Positions 8,557 through 16,145 of a stretch of 17,169 nucleotides of DNA are shown piece after piece. The stretch covers positions 1 through 17,169 of the forward strand of contig DXJF01000142.1 of the NCBI GenBank assembly GCA_019057375.1, given 5' to 3'. Every line of letters begins with the position of its first letter. Positions within the stretch are counted from its first letter, which is position 1. The position numbers and the translations under genes were made by a program. This stretch comes from Candidatus Heimdallarchaeota archaeon (GTDB taxonomy: Archaea; Asgardarchaeota; Heimdallarchaeia; Heimdallarchaeales; Heimdallarchaeaceae). The notes under the pieces are model-generated. The model was not told the DNA's origin. It ran no database searches and saw only the letters and a list, made by a program, of their open reading frames with translations.

Positions 8557-8566
8557 AATTCCTTCT
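8554..8566 (+). repeat. 13-bp direct repeat TAGAATTCCTTCT, copy 1 (copy 2 at 9662-9674), bracketing the LVIVD gene; each copy is followed by a T-tract
   Basis: Exact match read from the sequence. Confidence 0.7.
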
Positions 8567-8581
8567 GTTTTTTTTTCCTTT
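8567..8581 (+). terminator. T-tract terminator candidate after tautomerase copy 2
   Basis: T9 at 8568-8576, 11 nt after the stop. Confidence 0.5.
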
Positions 8582-8624
8582 AGTCTAATTGAATGCAGTA
8601 CTGAAATCGATTTTCAGTTGAATT

Positions 8625-9629
8625 TCACCATAATTGAATTATCTCCAACCCATCACCTGAAACATCTATAATGTAGGCAAGATTATCAACTACTTGAACT
8701 GCTCTAATATAATCTCCATCTTCGTGAAATTTTCCTATCTCAACCATTTTCTTTGGATTACTAACATCTATGATCTCTAACCCATCATCAAAGTCTGCTA
8801 TATAGGCATAATCTTCTATAACATAAATATAACTGGGTCTTCCACCATCATGAAAACGACCCAGTAATTTAGGATTATTCACATCACTAATATCATAGAT
8901 TTCTAAACCGGCGTCCGAATTTGCTGCATAAAGCAAACTACCAGCTATTTGGAAGTGTCGAATATATCCCTCTGATCCAACAGCTCCAATTCTACTGATA
9001 GTATTGAGATTGCTAATATCTAATATTTCTAATCCTTCAAAACAAGTTATAAAAGCATAATTTCCATGTACTTCTAGATAAGTATATGATTTAGAGCTTG
9101 AATAAGAACTGCATAAGATGGGTAAAGATGGATTACTAATGTTAAAAACATACAATCCCTTATTGATGGCAGAAAGATAAGCTAGGTCATTAACAATATC
9201 CAAACCATAGGCATCATCAGCTTGAGCGATGTTTCTAATTTTGTGAATATCTGTATAATTACTGATATCTACGATTTCCAAACCATCATGAGCATCAGCA
9301 AAATAGATTAGATTATTATCTACATGAAGCTGATGGGCGGCACCACCGTCAAAGAATCGACCTAACAAAGAAGGGTGAAGAGGGTCCGTAATATTTAGGA
9401 TTGATACACCAAGCTCAGAGATATATGCAACATTGTCAATAACAACAATGCCTTCACAATAAAGTTCTAGTTGATTAAAAGAGGAAAGCTTAACGGGACT
9501 AAGGATATGATTAACACTATTCGAGGTTCTAAAAGGTTGAAAAACGACCAAAATTGAAATTACAATAACTAAGCTTAAGAAAATAGGAATAATTATTTTC
9601 CATTTCAACAAGAACTTAATTCTATGCAT
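8625..9629 (-). CDS. LVIVD repeat-containing membrane-anchored protein (7 repeats, predicted beta-propeller)
   Basis: Seven AY(I/L)A…GLEI(I/V)D(I/V)S(N/D)P-type repeats and an N-terminal TM. The ATG at 9629 lies 24-30 nt below TATATAA (9659-9653), so it is preferred over the TTG at 9638. Confidence 0.88.
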   Translation of the reverse strand: MHRIKFLLKWKIIIPIFLSLVIVISILVVFQPFRTSNSVNHILSPVKLSSFNQLELYCEGIVVIDNVAYISELGVSILNITDPLHPSLLGRFFDGGAAHQLHVDNNLIYFADAHDGLEIVDISNYTDIHKIRNIAQADDAYGLDIVNDLAYLSAINKGLYVFNISNPSLPILCSSYSSSKSYTYLEVHGNYAFITCFEGLEILDISNLNTISRIGAVGSEGYIRHFQIAGSLLYAANSDAGLEIYDISDVNNPKLLGRFHDGGRPSYIYVIEDYAYIADFDDGLEIIDVSNPKKMVEIGKFHEDGDYIRAVQVVDNLAYIIDVSGDGLEIIQLW

Positions 9630-9755
9630 AAGAGACAAACTCTACAGACACTTATATACTTTAGAATTCCTTCTCTTATTTTTTATTTTTTTCCCAAAAA
9701 TTGATTTTTCTGAGCAATGTTTTTATTTGAATCTCACTTACAGTATCTGATTCAC

Positions 9756-10499
9756 ATGAAAAGAAAATCAGTGTTAATTACCTCATTCTTGTTGATACTT
9801 CTGAGTTTTTCATTATTTGTTCAATCTAATAGCGTTAGTTCTGAAGTTTCCTTCAATGAATCAATAGCAATAGGGGCAACCTTTGAATGGGTTGTAACGA
9901 AATATGAGATTATAGAAAGACCAGTTCCAGAAGCATATACATTCTTCAATAAGGATGACACGATTAAAATCGAGATTATAGCCAACCCACCTACATTAGC
10001 AGAGTATTGGGGATATATTCCAGATGTTAATTATACAGATTGGATGAAATTCTATGTTAATGATGTTCTATACAACACTAGTGAGGATGTTTTCAAACCC
10101 TTAATCTTCATGTTTGGCTTTATTTATCCCATCTCTATAACAGAAGATAACACAACAACAGGATTCTTTGAACATTATACTGCTGTAGTTGAAGAAAAAT
10201 ATGCTTATGATTTGACTGTTGATATAATAACTAAACTAGATAAAAATTATTTCGAAGAGATATTCGATCAAACAGCAGACGAATATATCCAGAGTAAATA
10301 TTTCTCGAGAAAATACAACATTCATACAGGACTTTTGAGTGAGTACAAGGATGAATTTAACAATTATGAGAACTCACATTACGCAATAGAGATTGTAAAT
10401 CCAGATGATTCAAGAGCTTCAATAGCTGTGATAGTACCAATAGTAACCCTAGCAATAGCGAGTATTCTATTTAGGAGAAAGAGAAGAAAATCAAGTTGA
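9756..10499 (+). CDS. Secreted/surface protein with signal peptide and C-terminal TM plus basic tail (function unknown)
   Basis: MKRKSVLITSFLLILLSFSLFVQS signal peptide (ATG at 9756; alternative at 9717); ends SIAVIVPIVTLAIASILFRRKRRKSS. Confidence 0.75.
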   Translation: MKRKSVLITSFLLILLSFSLFVQSNSVSSEVSFNESIAIGATFEWVVTKYEIIERPVPEAYTFFNKDDTIKIEIIANPPTLAEYWGYIPDVNYTDWMKFYVNDVLYNTSEDVFKPLIFMFGFIYPISITEDNTTTGFFEHYTAVVEEKYAYDLTVDIITKLDKNYFEEIFDQTADEYIQSKYFSRKYNIHTGLLSEYKDEFNNYENSHYAIEIVNPDDSRASIAVIVPIVTLAIASILFRRKRRKSS

Positions 10500-10616
10500 A
10501 GAATAAGAATACTCTTAGAGTAGAGATAGAATGTGATCTCAATTTCTCTCTTTCTTTATTTTATTTCAACTAAAATGAACCAGTTTCTCACAAGAGTTTT
10601 AAGTGCGTAAAATCAT

Positions 10617-10638
10617 CTTTCCAAAAGCAATTGGAAAG
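10617..10638 (+). promoter_or_regulatory. Perfect 8-bp inverted repeat CTTTCCAA-N6-TTGGAAAG between the TATA-like box and the start of the phosphotriesterase gene
   Basis: Read directly; TTTTAAGT at about 10597-10604, ATG at 10648. Confidence 0.45.
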
Positions 10639-10647
10639 TAGAAGAAT

Positions 10648-11580
10648 ATGATTAATACTGTTTTAGGACCTATTTCAGGAGATGATTTAGGAGTTACATT
10701 AATGCACGAACATATTGTAGTAAATATAATCGGAGCAGATAGTGGGGAAAGATCCTATACTATTGAGGAAGTATTGGAGTATGTTTTACCTTACTTGATT
10801 GAAGCAAAAGACAAAGGTTGTCAAACTATTGTAGAAGCCACACCTCTCGGTCTTGGAAGAGATTTAGAAGTTCTAGTCGAATGTTCTAAGAAATCTGGTC
10901 TCAACATTGTCACTTGTACTGGTGCTTGGGATGGAAGTGATGTGAAGGGATTAAGCGTTCCTGATGCCATCAAAAAAATTACCATTGATGAAATAGCTAA
11001 TGTCTGGACAAAAGAATTCGAAGAAGGTATTGATGAAACTGGGATTAAGCCTGGTTATATTAAACTAGCATTAGGCGATGAAGGAAAAATCTTTCCTTTA
11101 CAAGAGAAACTACTTCGAGCTGCAGCGAGAACCAGTAAGAAGACCGGCATGCGTATTCAATGTCACATCTATACCTCAGCATCTGTGCCTAGTGCTATCA
11201 AAATTATTGAAGAAGAAAAACTACCTTATGATCGTTTCATTTGGGTTCATGCCGATGGTCAAATGGATATGGAAAAAATTCTTGAATTTGGGAAGAAAGG
11301 AATATGGTTACAGTTTGATGGAATAGGTGTTGTTAAAGAATTCACAAAATATCCTCCTACAATAGGAAAATTGGTTGAAGAAAATCTAATTCCTCAATTG
11401 CTTTTTGGACAAGATTCTGGTTCTTTCTGGATTAAAGAGGAGGAAGAAGAATGGCCAATGAGACCTTATGCTAGGTTTTTCAACGAATTTGTGCCTTATT
11501 GTATTAAAGAAGGAGTAGAAAAAGAATTAATCAACAAAGTTATCACAGAAAACTCAAGACGTGCACTATCGCTTAAGTAG
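10648..11580 (+). CDS. Phosphotriesterase family protein (PTE/PHP-like amidohydrolase, possible lactonase)
   Basis: INTVLGPI…LGVTLMHEH start; carboxylated-Lys strand GYIKLA; His ligands in IQCH and WVHAD; Asp in LLFGQD. Confidence 0.9.
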   Translation: MINTVLGPISGDDLGVTLMHEHIVVNIIGADSGERSYTIEEVLEYVLPYLIEAKDKGCQTIVEATPLGLGRDLEVLVECSKKSGLNIVTCTGAWDGSDVKGLSVPDAIKKITIDEIANVWTKEFEEGIDETGIKPGYIKLALGDEGKIFPLQEKLLRAAARTSKKTGMRIQCHIYTSASVPSAIKIIEEEKLPYDRFIWVHADGQMDMEKILEFGKKGIWLQFDGIGVVKEFTKYPPTIGKLVEENLIPQLLFGQDSGSFWIKEEEEEWPMRPYARFFNEFVPYCIKEGVEKELINKVITENSRRALSLK

Positions 11581-11647
11581 TTTTATTAAAACAGAAAGAA
11601 TTACTGGATTCTAGAGGAAAATTGAACAAGAGTAAATTTATTCAATT

Positions 11648-12082
11648 CTACTCCGATATAGCGTTAAATTCTTTTTCCTCGTCGTGACACAACAGCTGAA
11701 TAACATGTTTTCCAGAGTAAATTACTGGCTGTACACCTCCCATCGACATTGACCATTGTCCTGACATATAGAAATTACTTAAACCAGGTAATCTCTTTTC
11801 AACACTAGAAGTAAAAGCATCAGCTGTTGGTAAGAAACCCATATAGGACCCTCTTTCATTGAGTGTATATCTCCAATATGTATAGGGTGTTGCTACATCA
11901 ATTATTTCAATCTTATTTTTTACCTCAGGATACCTACTCTCTAACCATTCTATTGTTCTTTCAGCTAGTTCTTTCTTTGCTTGGTTGTACTCTTTCTTGT
12001 CTTTCCTTAAAACAAACCAATATTCCCATTCGGTTTCAAAATCAACTTGGATAACTGTTTTTCCTTTTGGAGCAAAATGAGG
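11648..12082 (-). pseudogene. 3' fragment (144 aa) of a phytoene-desaturase-like NAD(P)/FAD-dependent oxidoreductase, cut off by the tnpB element
   Basis: PHFAPKGKTV…DVATPYTYWRYTLNERGSYMG…LPGLSNFYMSGQW…GGV is the typical C-terminus of this family; no N-terminal GxGxxG FAD-binding region. Confidence 0.8.
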
Positions 12083-12235
12083 ACTATGATGAGTTGTTGT
12101 CATCTTGTCATAATAGACAAGAGTTGTTGAACTTCTTTTGTAGAGGTCATTGTGGGTCTACACTCACTCTACGTGGATACATCACGTATCCTCCTACCCC
12201 GTTCACACACCTTTTAGGCAGTGCTTTCGGATCGC
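12083..12235 (-). ncRNA. Predicted omegaRNA (reRNA) scaffold overlapping the tnpB 3' end
   Basis: Minus-strand hairpins GGATAC-gtgat-GTATCC (12191-12175) and GTAGAG…CTCTAC (12172-12140), then AAAAGAAGTTCAA and TCTTGTC-tattat-GACAAGA. TnpB omegaRNAs are known to derive from the right end. Boundaries are approximate. Confidence 0.5.
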
Positions 12236-13397
12236 TTTTAACTAAGATATTATATGCAGCATTGACATCAGCATTGATTAGATGGCCTTGAGCTGAACGA
12301 AATAACCCTCGTTCTATTCTTCGTCCAACATACTTTATTCGTTTCTTGGGAAACTCATTATCCAGAAAACTACTTTTAGAAGTATATTGTTCAGGGATGA
12401 GCTCAACTTTAATTCCATGTTCAGCTGCTTTGTATTTCAACTGGTTGATAATTCTCATGAAGGGAATAGCTACAAACATCTGAGTAATTTTCTTCCAGAA
12501 ATGAACATTTTGCTTCCATTTCGCATTATATCCAATGATGACTTCATGTAAGTTTCTTTCCACCCACAAGTCTACCAAATATTTTGTGAGTTTGTGAATG
12601 GCATCTTTGAGTTTCTTCCGCCATTTCTCGCGAAGTTCATAGTACGCTGGACCATAAGTTAATTTATTTTTCTTTTTCAATTGCTTTTTTTGCTGGCTAA
12701 CATATTGTAATCTTAACTTTGTCTGTTGTTTTAAATAATACTGAATAATACTTTTTATCCCTTTCCCGTGATCCTTGATAACAATTGGTTGAGTGCCAAG
12801 GTTATCCACAAAGGTCACAAGATTGATTGACCCTAAATCTATTGCACCTTTCCTGGTAAAACGTCTTCGTTGTTTAGGTAAGAATCTCTCATAGACTAGT
12901 TCGAGAGTGTAACCCACTCGTCTAGGGACAATTCTTACTTCTTTCAGTTTTGTTCGTGAAGTCAGTCGAGTTTTGTAGTAAAAGCCTACTTTCTTAGGAA
13001 GGACTAACCAGCCATTTTGTATTTTCGCTTGCTGGTTGGTGAAGATAGCTACGACTTCCCCATTTTTTGCTTTATAGTTGGGCGGATGGGGTATAGCAAA
13101 AAACTTGCTAGGATTGCTTTTCCACTCCTTTAATGCTCGGAAATAAGCTGTCCAATTTCTGCAAAGGAACTTGAGTGTATGTTGTGCAGTGTGAGCTGGA
13201 AGCTCTCGATAACAGTCTTCTTCCTTGAGTAAGGTGTTTAAATCGTAGTACACTAGTAACTTACTCTTTTTGCTTAGATATTGCTTTATAAGATAATTTG
13301 CTCGATTATAGAGGTTTTTCACTCGATGACAAAGTGTACTCAAAGCTTGGTGATAGGAGAGTTCTATGCATTCTACTCGTAGTACTTTCGTCATCAT
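12147..13397 (-). CDS. tnpB: TnpB RNA-guided endonuclease (IS200/IS605 accessory protein) with rearranged RuvC-II and no zinc finger
   Basis: KNLYNRANY, EVRIVP, RuvC-I AIDLG (D187), VIIGY (G289), PEQYTSK (E336), RGLF, RuvC-III NADVNAAYNI (D377). Confidence 0.93.
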   Translation of the reverse strand: MMTKVLRVECIELSYHQALSTLCHRVKNLYNRANYLIKQYLSKKSKLLVYYDLNTLLKEEDCYRELPAHTAQHTLKFLCRNWTAYFRALKEWKSNPSKFFAIPHPPNYKAKNGEVVAIFTNQQAKIQNGWLVLPKKVGFYYKTRLTSRTKLKEVRIVPRRVGYTLELVYERFLPKQRRRFTRKGAIDLGSINLVTFVDNLGTQPIVIKDHGKGIKSIIQYYLKQQTKLRLQYVSQQKKQLKKKNKLTYGPAYYELREKWRKKLKDAIHKLTKYLVDLWVERNLHEVIIGYNAKWKQNVHFWKKITQMFVAIPFMRIINQLKYKAAEHGIKVELIPEQYTSKSSFLDNEFPKKRIKYVGRRIERGLFRSAQGHLINADVNAAYNILVKSDPKALPKRCVNGVGGYVMYPRRVSVDPQ

Positions 13398-13416
13398 CTT
13401 TTCCCCTAGAATTCCC

Positions 13417-13423
13417 TATAAAA
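13417..13423 (-). promoter_or_regulatory. TATA box of tnpB inside the element's left end
   Basis: Minus-strand TTTTATA 20-29 nt upstream of the tandem ATGs at 13397/13394. Confidence 0.55.
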
Positions 13424-13501
13424 GCTCCTGTAATAATTGTTCTAAAAGTGTCTTCCAAAGTGATTCATTGTACCTTTAATATGACTACGTGACGATAGAT
13501 A

Positions 13502-13660
13502 ATCATAGTTGAAGAAGCGAATCATAATATTCTCTTTTTCTTCCTCAGCAACTATAACTGGATTAGTTGTCTTAAAAAAAGTCATCCAAACTTCATCTTT
13601 GAATTCCATATTTACTCCTAAACTAACACTTACGAATGGATCAACTGTCTTCCATTTAAA
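13502..13660 (-). pseudogene. Middle fragment (53 codons) of the same oxidoreductase; its own 5' part is missing
   Basis: Manual translation FKWKTVDPFVSVSLGVNMEFKDEVWMTFFKTTNPVIVAEEEKENIMIRFFNYD matches the P-x-V-x-V-S-L-G-V…Y-D segment that precedes PxxAPxGK in this family. Not in the ORF track. Confidence 0.75.
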
Positions 13661-16141
13661 TCATGTTGCACCAGTTTGTCGTAATTCATCAGCAATATTC
13701 ATTTTCTTTATTCTTCTTAGTAATCTCATTGTTGCAAGCCATAATGCAAGTAGAGATAAGATCAAAACAATTGGCCAAGCGAACCATGGAATGGATTTAG
13801 GCATGTAGAATTGGTCTTCAAGCATATAGTCGATAGTCCACCAGTAGGTTAAATATCCAAATGGTATTGTAAGAATTAAACTAAAGAAGCTAAGTATAGC
13901 ATTTTCCCAGAAAACTATCCTCCGTATATGTCGTTTTCTAGTTCCCATTGCTTTAAATGATAAGAAATCTTGGTGTCTGTCCATGAAAGCTACATACATA
14001 GACTGAAAACTGAACAAAACTCCAATTAGAAGACCAACTCCAAGTACAATAATCATTATTCCTAACATTGCTTGCATCAAAGATAGTACTGTTTCTCTAG
14101 CTGTTTCTGATTCAATCCAGAAAGCAACATTAAACTGCTTTTCGAATTCATCTCTAATCTTATTCACATCTGCTTCTCCAGTTACAGTGAATTGAACCCC
14201 ATTTACCCAGTTATTTGGTAACCCAAAGTAAGCATTTGCTCCACTTTCTTGCAAAGCTTCGTAGGTCCAGAGCACTGAATAATCTATGAATTCTCCCACT
14301 AAACCGCCTATTTTCACTGAATAGTTACCTAAAATTCCTACTTCTATTTCATCATTTACTTCTAAATCATACTTTCCAGCTATTGCCATTCCAAGGAGAA
14401 CTGTATTATTATTTAAATCAGATTTACTGTCTAGATTACCTTCAATAATATTGAAAGAACGTAAAGTGGAATTTTCTTGATAACAAACTAACTCCGTCCA
14501 ACTAAGTAACTCTCCATTATGAATAATTTTCGTGTAAATATCAATGAAGATTTCATAATGATTGATTTCATTTAGAACCTCTATTGTGTCGTTTTTCAAA
14601 AATTGGTTAATGGCACCAAAATGAACTGGATTTTCCAGGATTATTTGTACATCATAAGTATTGTATTCTTCAAAATTTGCTGTCATTAGATCAAAGATAT
14701 TGTAAACCATTGCAAGTGAGTTAACCAAGAATATCATAGAAGTGATAAGTGCTAGAATCGTTATCAAACTTTTTTTCTTCTTAAGAAACACTTCTCTGAG
14801 TGGAATTATCATATGGATAGATCTAAACATTGGAATCCATCCAAACATCTTTTCAGCCAAAGTTTTGCTGCCTTTCTTGATTCTTGAAAAGGAAGCTACC
14901 ATTGCTTCACGAGGAGTTACAGTAGTTATTGTCCATGCACTAAGGATTGAACAAACTATACATACACTGAACGTAATAATCCCCGCATATACGAATTCCA
15001 TGGTTGGGACTGAAAGGTCAATTTGGTGAAGACCATAGATACGCCCCACAACCATTTGAGCCATAATAATTGCTAAACCATATGCTAGTGGAATTCCAAT
15101 AATAATCCCAGTTATACTAAGAATTAGAGTTAAACCTGCATAATGAAATAAGATCTTCCTCTTTGATGAGTCCATTGCTAGAAATATTCCAATGTTTTTC
15201 CGCTGAGCATATACCATTTTATTTAATGTGTTGAAAATAATTACAATACTAATGATTAGTCCAATAATTCCAAAAATTGTTCCTGCTTTATCAATTGCGC
15301 CAGCATCACCAACAAACATGTTGTATTCATCGGTCTCATCGAAAACAACAAACTTCATCGAATTGGCAGATATATTCTGGTTTCCAAAGAAATAGGATAA
15401 TGCATCTGCAGCATGAAGGGTTTGATCCTTGTTTAGCCTTTCTTCTACAGTAAACAATACTTGATTAACTACTGAATTTCCTTCAAACCTTAGTTCTTGT
15501 GCAATCTGGGTGTTTATCCAAATGACAGCAAGATTACCCATTAATGGCATTTTAGAAATTTCATCAACCATGTAAGAATAATAAGAATCTTGTGCAATCC
15601 CTTTGACAGTGAAATTAACTTCAATATCAGGAAATCTTGTTTCGATTTGATCATCAAGTGCTACGTCTTGCCCTAAAAATCCACCAGCAAAATGAGTATC
15701 TACTAAACAACTAGTATTAGATTGAAGAATATCTTTTACATCAACAATATCTGATGCTTTTTCCTCAATAACAAGTTGGTTAACTTGGTTGGGAAAATCT
15801 ATACCAAGAATTACTGCTGGAAACTTCTCTCCCTGAAACTCAATCTCAGTTAAGTATTTGATTCTTCCTTCGATATTCGATATGTTATTTTGATTCATAA
15901 ATCCAATGTCATCTCTAATCAGAGTAACATTATCTGAATCTATCGGTTCAGAGAAAGTGAATGTGCCATCGGCTACATTATAGTACTCCAGATTTAGGTC
16001 ATAAGTATTGAATAGAACAGGATGACCAGCTCTTAATCCTGCTAGAAGCATAACAGTCAGTGCAATAATAATTACAATAGAAAGTGATCTGAATTTGCTA
16101 TCCCAAATATCTCGAAAAATCTTTTTGGTTAGAATTTTCAT
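13661..16141 (-). CDS. ABC transporter permease, FtsX/MacB-like, two fused halves
   Basis: Two repeats of TM, large extracellular domain and 3 TM, with QRKNIGIFLAMDSSKRKI and RHQDFLSFKAMGTRKRHI signatures; 826 aa. Confidence 0.9.
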   Translation of the reverse strand: MKILTKKIFRDIWDSKFRSLSIVIIIALTVMLLAGLRAGHPVLFNTYDLNLEYYNVADGTFTFSEPIDSDNVTLIRDDIGFMNQNNISNIEGRIKYLTEIEFQGEKFPAVILGIDFPNQVNQLVIEEKASDIVDVKDILQSNTSCLVDTHFAGGFLGQDVALDDQIETRFPDIEVNFTVKGIAQDSYYSYMVDEISKMPLMGNLAVIWINTQIAQELRFEGNSVVNQVLFTVEERLNKDQTLHAADALSYFFGNQNISANSMKFVVFDETDEYNMFVGDAGAIDKAGTIFGIIGLIISIVIIFNTLNKMVYAQRKNIGIFLAMDSSKRKILFHYAGLTLILSITGIIIGIPLAYGLAIIMAQMVVGRIYGLHQIDLSVPTMEFVYAGIITFSVCIVCSILSAWTITTVTPREAMVASFSRIKKGSKTLAEKMFGWIPMFRSIHMIIPLREVFLKKKKSLITILALITSMIFLVNSLAMVYNIFDLMTANFEEYNTYDVQIILENPVHFGAINQFLKNDTIEVLNEINHYEIFIDIYTKIIHNGELLSWTELVCYQENSTLRSFNIIEGNLDSKSDLNNNTVLLGMAIAGKYDLEVNDEIEVGILGNYSVKIGGLVGEFIDYSVLWTYEALQESGANAYFGLPNNWVNGVQFTVTGEADVNKIRDEFEKQFNVAFWIESETARETVLSLMQAMLGIMIIVLGVGLLIGVLFSFQSMYVAFMDRHQDFLSFKAMGTRKRHIRRIVFWENAILSFFSLILTIPFGYLTYWWTIDYMLEDQFYMPKSIPWFAWPIVLILSLLALWLATMRLLRRIKKMNIADELRQTGAT

Positions 16142-16145
16142 TAAG

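Larger units (their letters stand above)
12083..13501 (-). mobile_element. IS200/IS605-family solo-tnpB (IS1341-like) element without tnpA; no target-site duplication; inserted 3' of TATGAT
   Basis: Removing 12083-13501 restores the continuous reading frame …IRFFNYD|PHFAPKGK…; contains tnpB with its own TATA box. The right end could instead be the TTCAA at 12127. Confidence 0.75.

Noticed and set aside
10510-10522. Palindrome TACTCT-T-AGAGTA after the 9756 gene
   Set aside because: Short, single, and with a 1-nt loop; no supporting context.
11648-12103. Stand-alone 151-aa gene starting at the ATG at 12103
   Set aside because: The ATG and first 7 codons lie within the element end; the protein is only a C-terminal fragment.
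11078-12291. Plus-strand ORFs 11078-11326, 11863-12054 and 12067-12291
   Set aside because: Out-of-frame or antisense overlaps of the phosphotriesterase, oxidoreductase remnant and tnpB.
12083-13501. Complete group I intron (classical IStron)
   Set aside because: Only 104 nt before and 64 nt after tnpB; the AUAGUCC S-like word has no GACUA P7 partner that I could find; no in-frame terminal G. Kept only as a partial-structure hypothesis.
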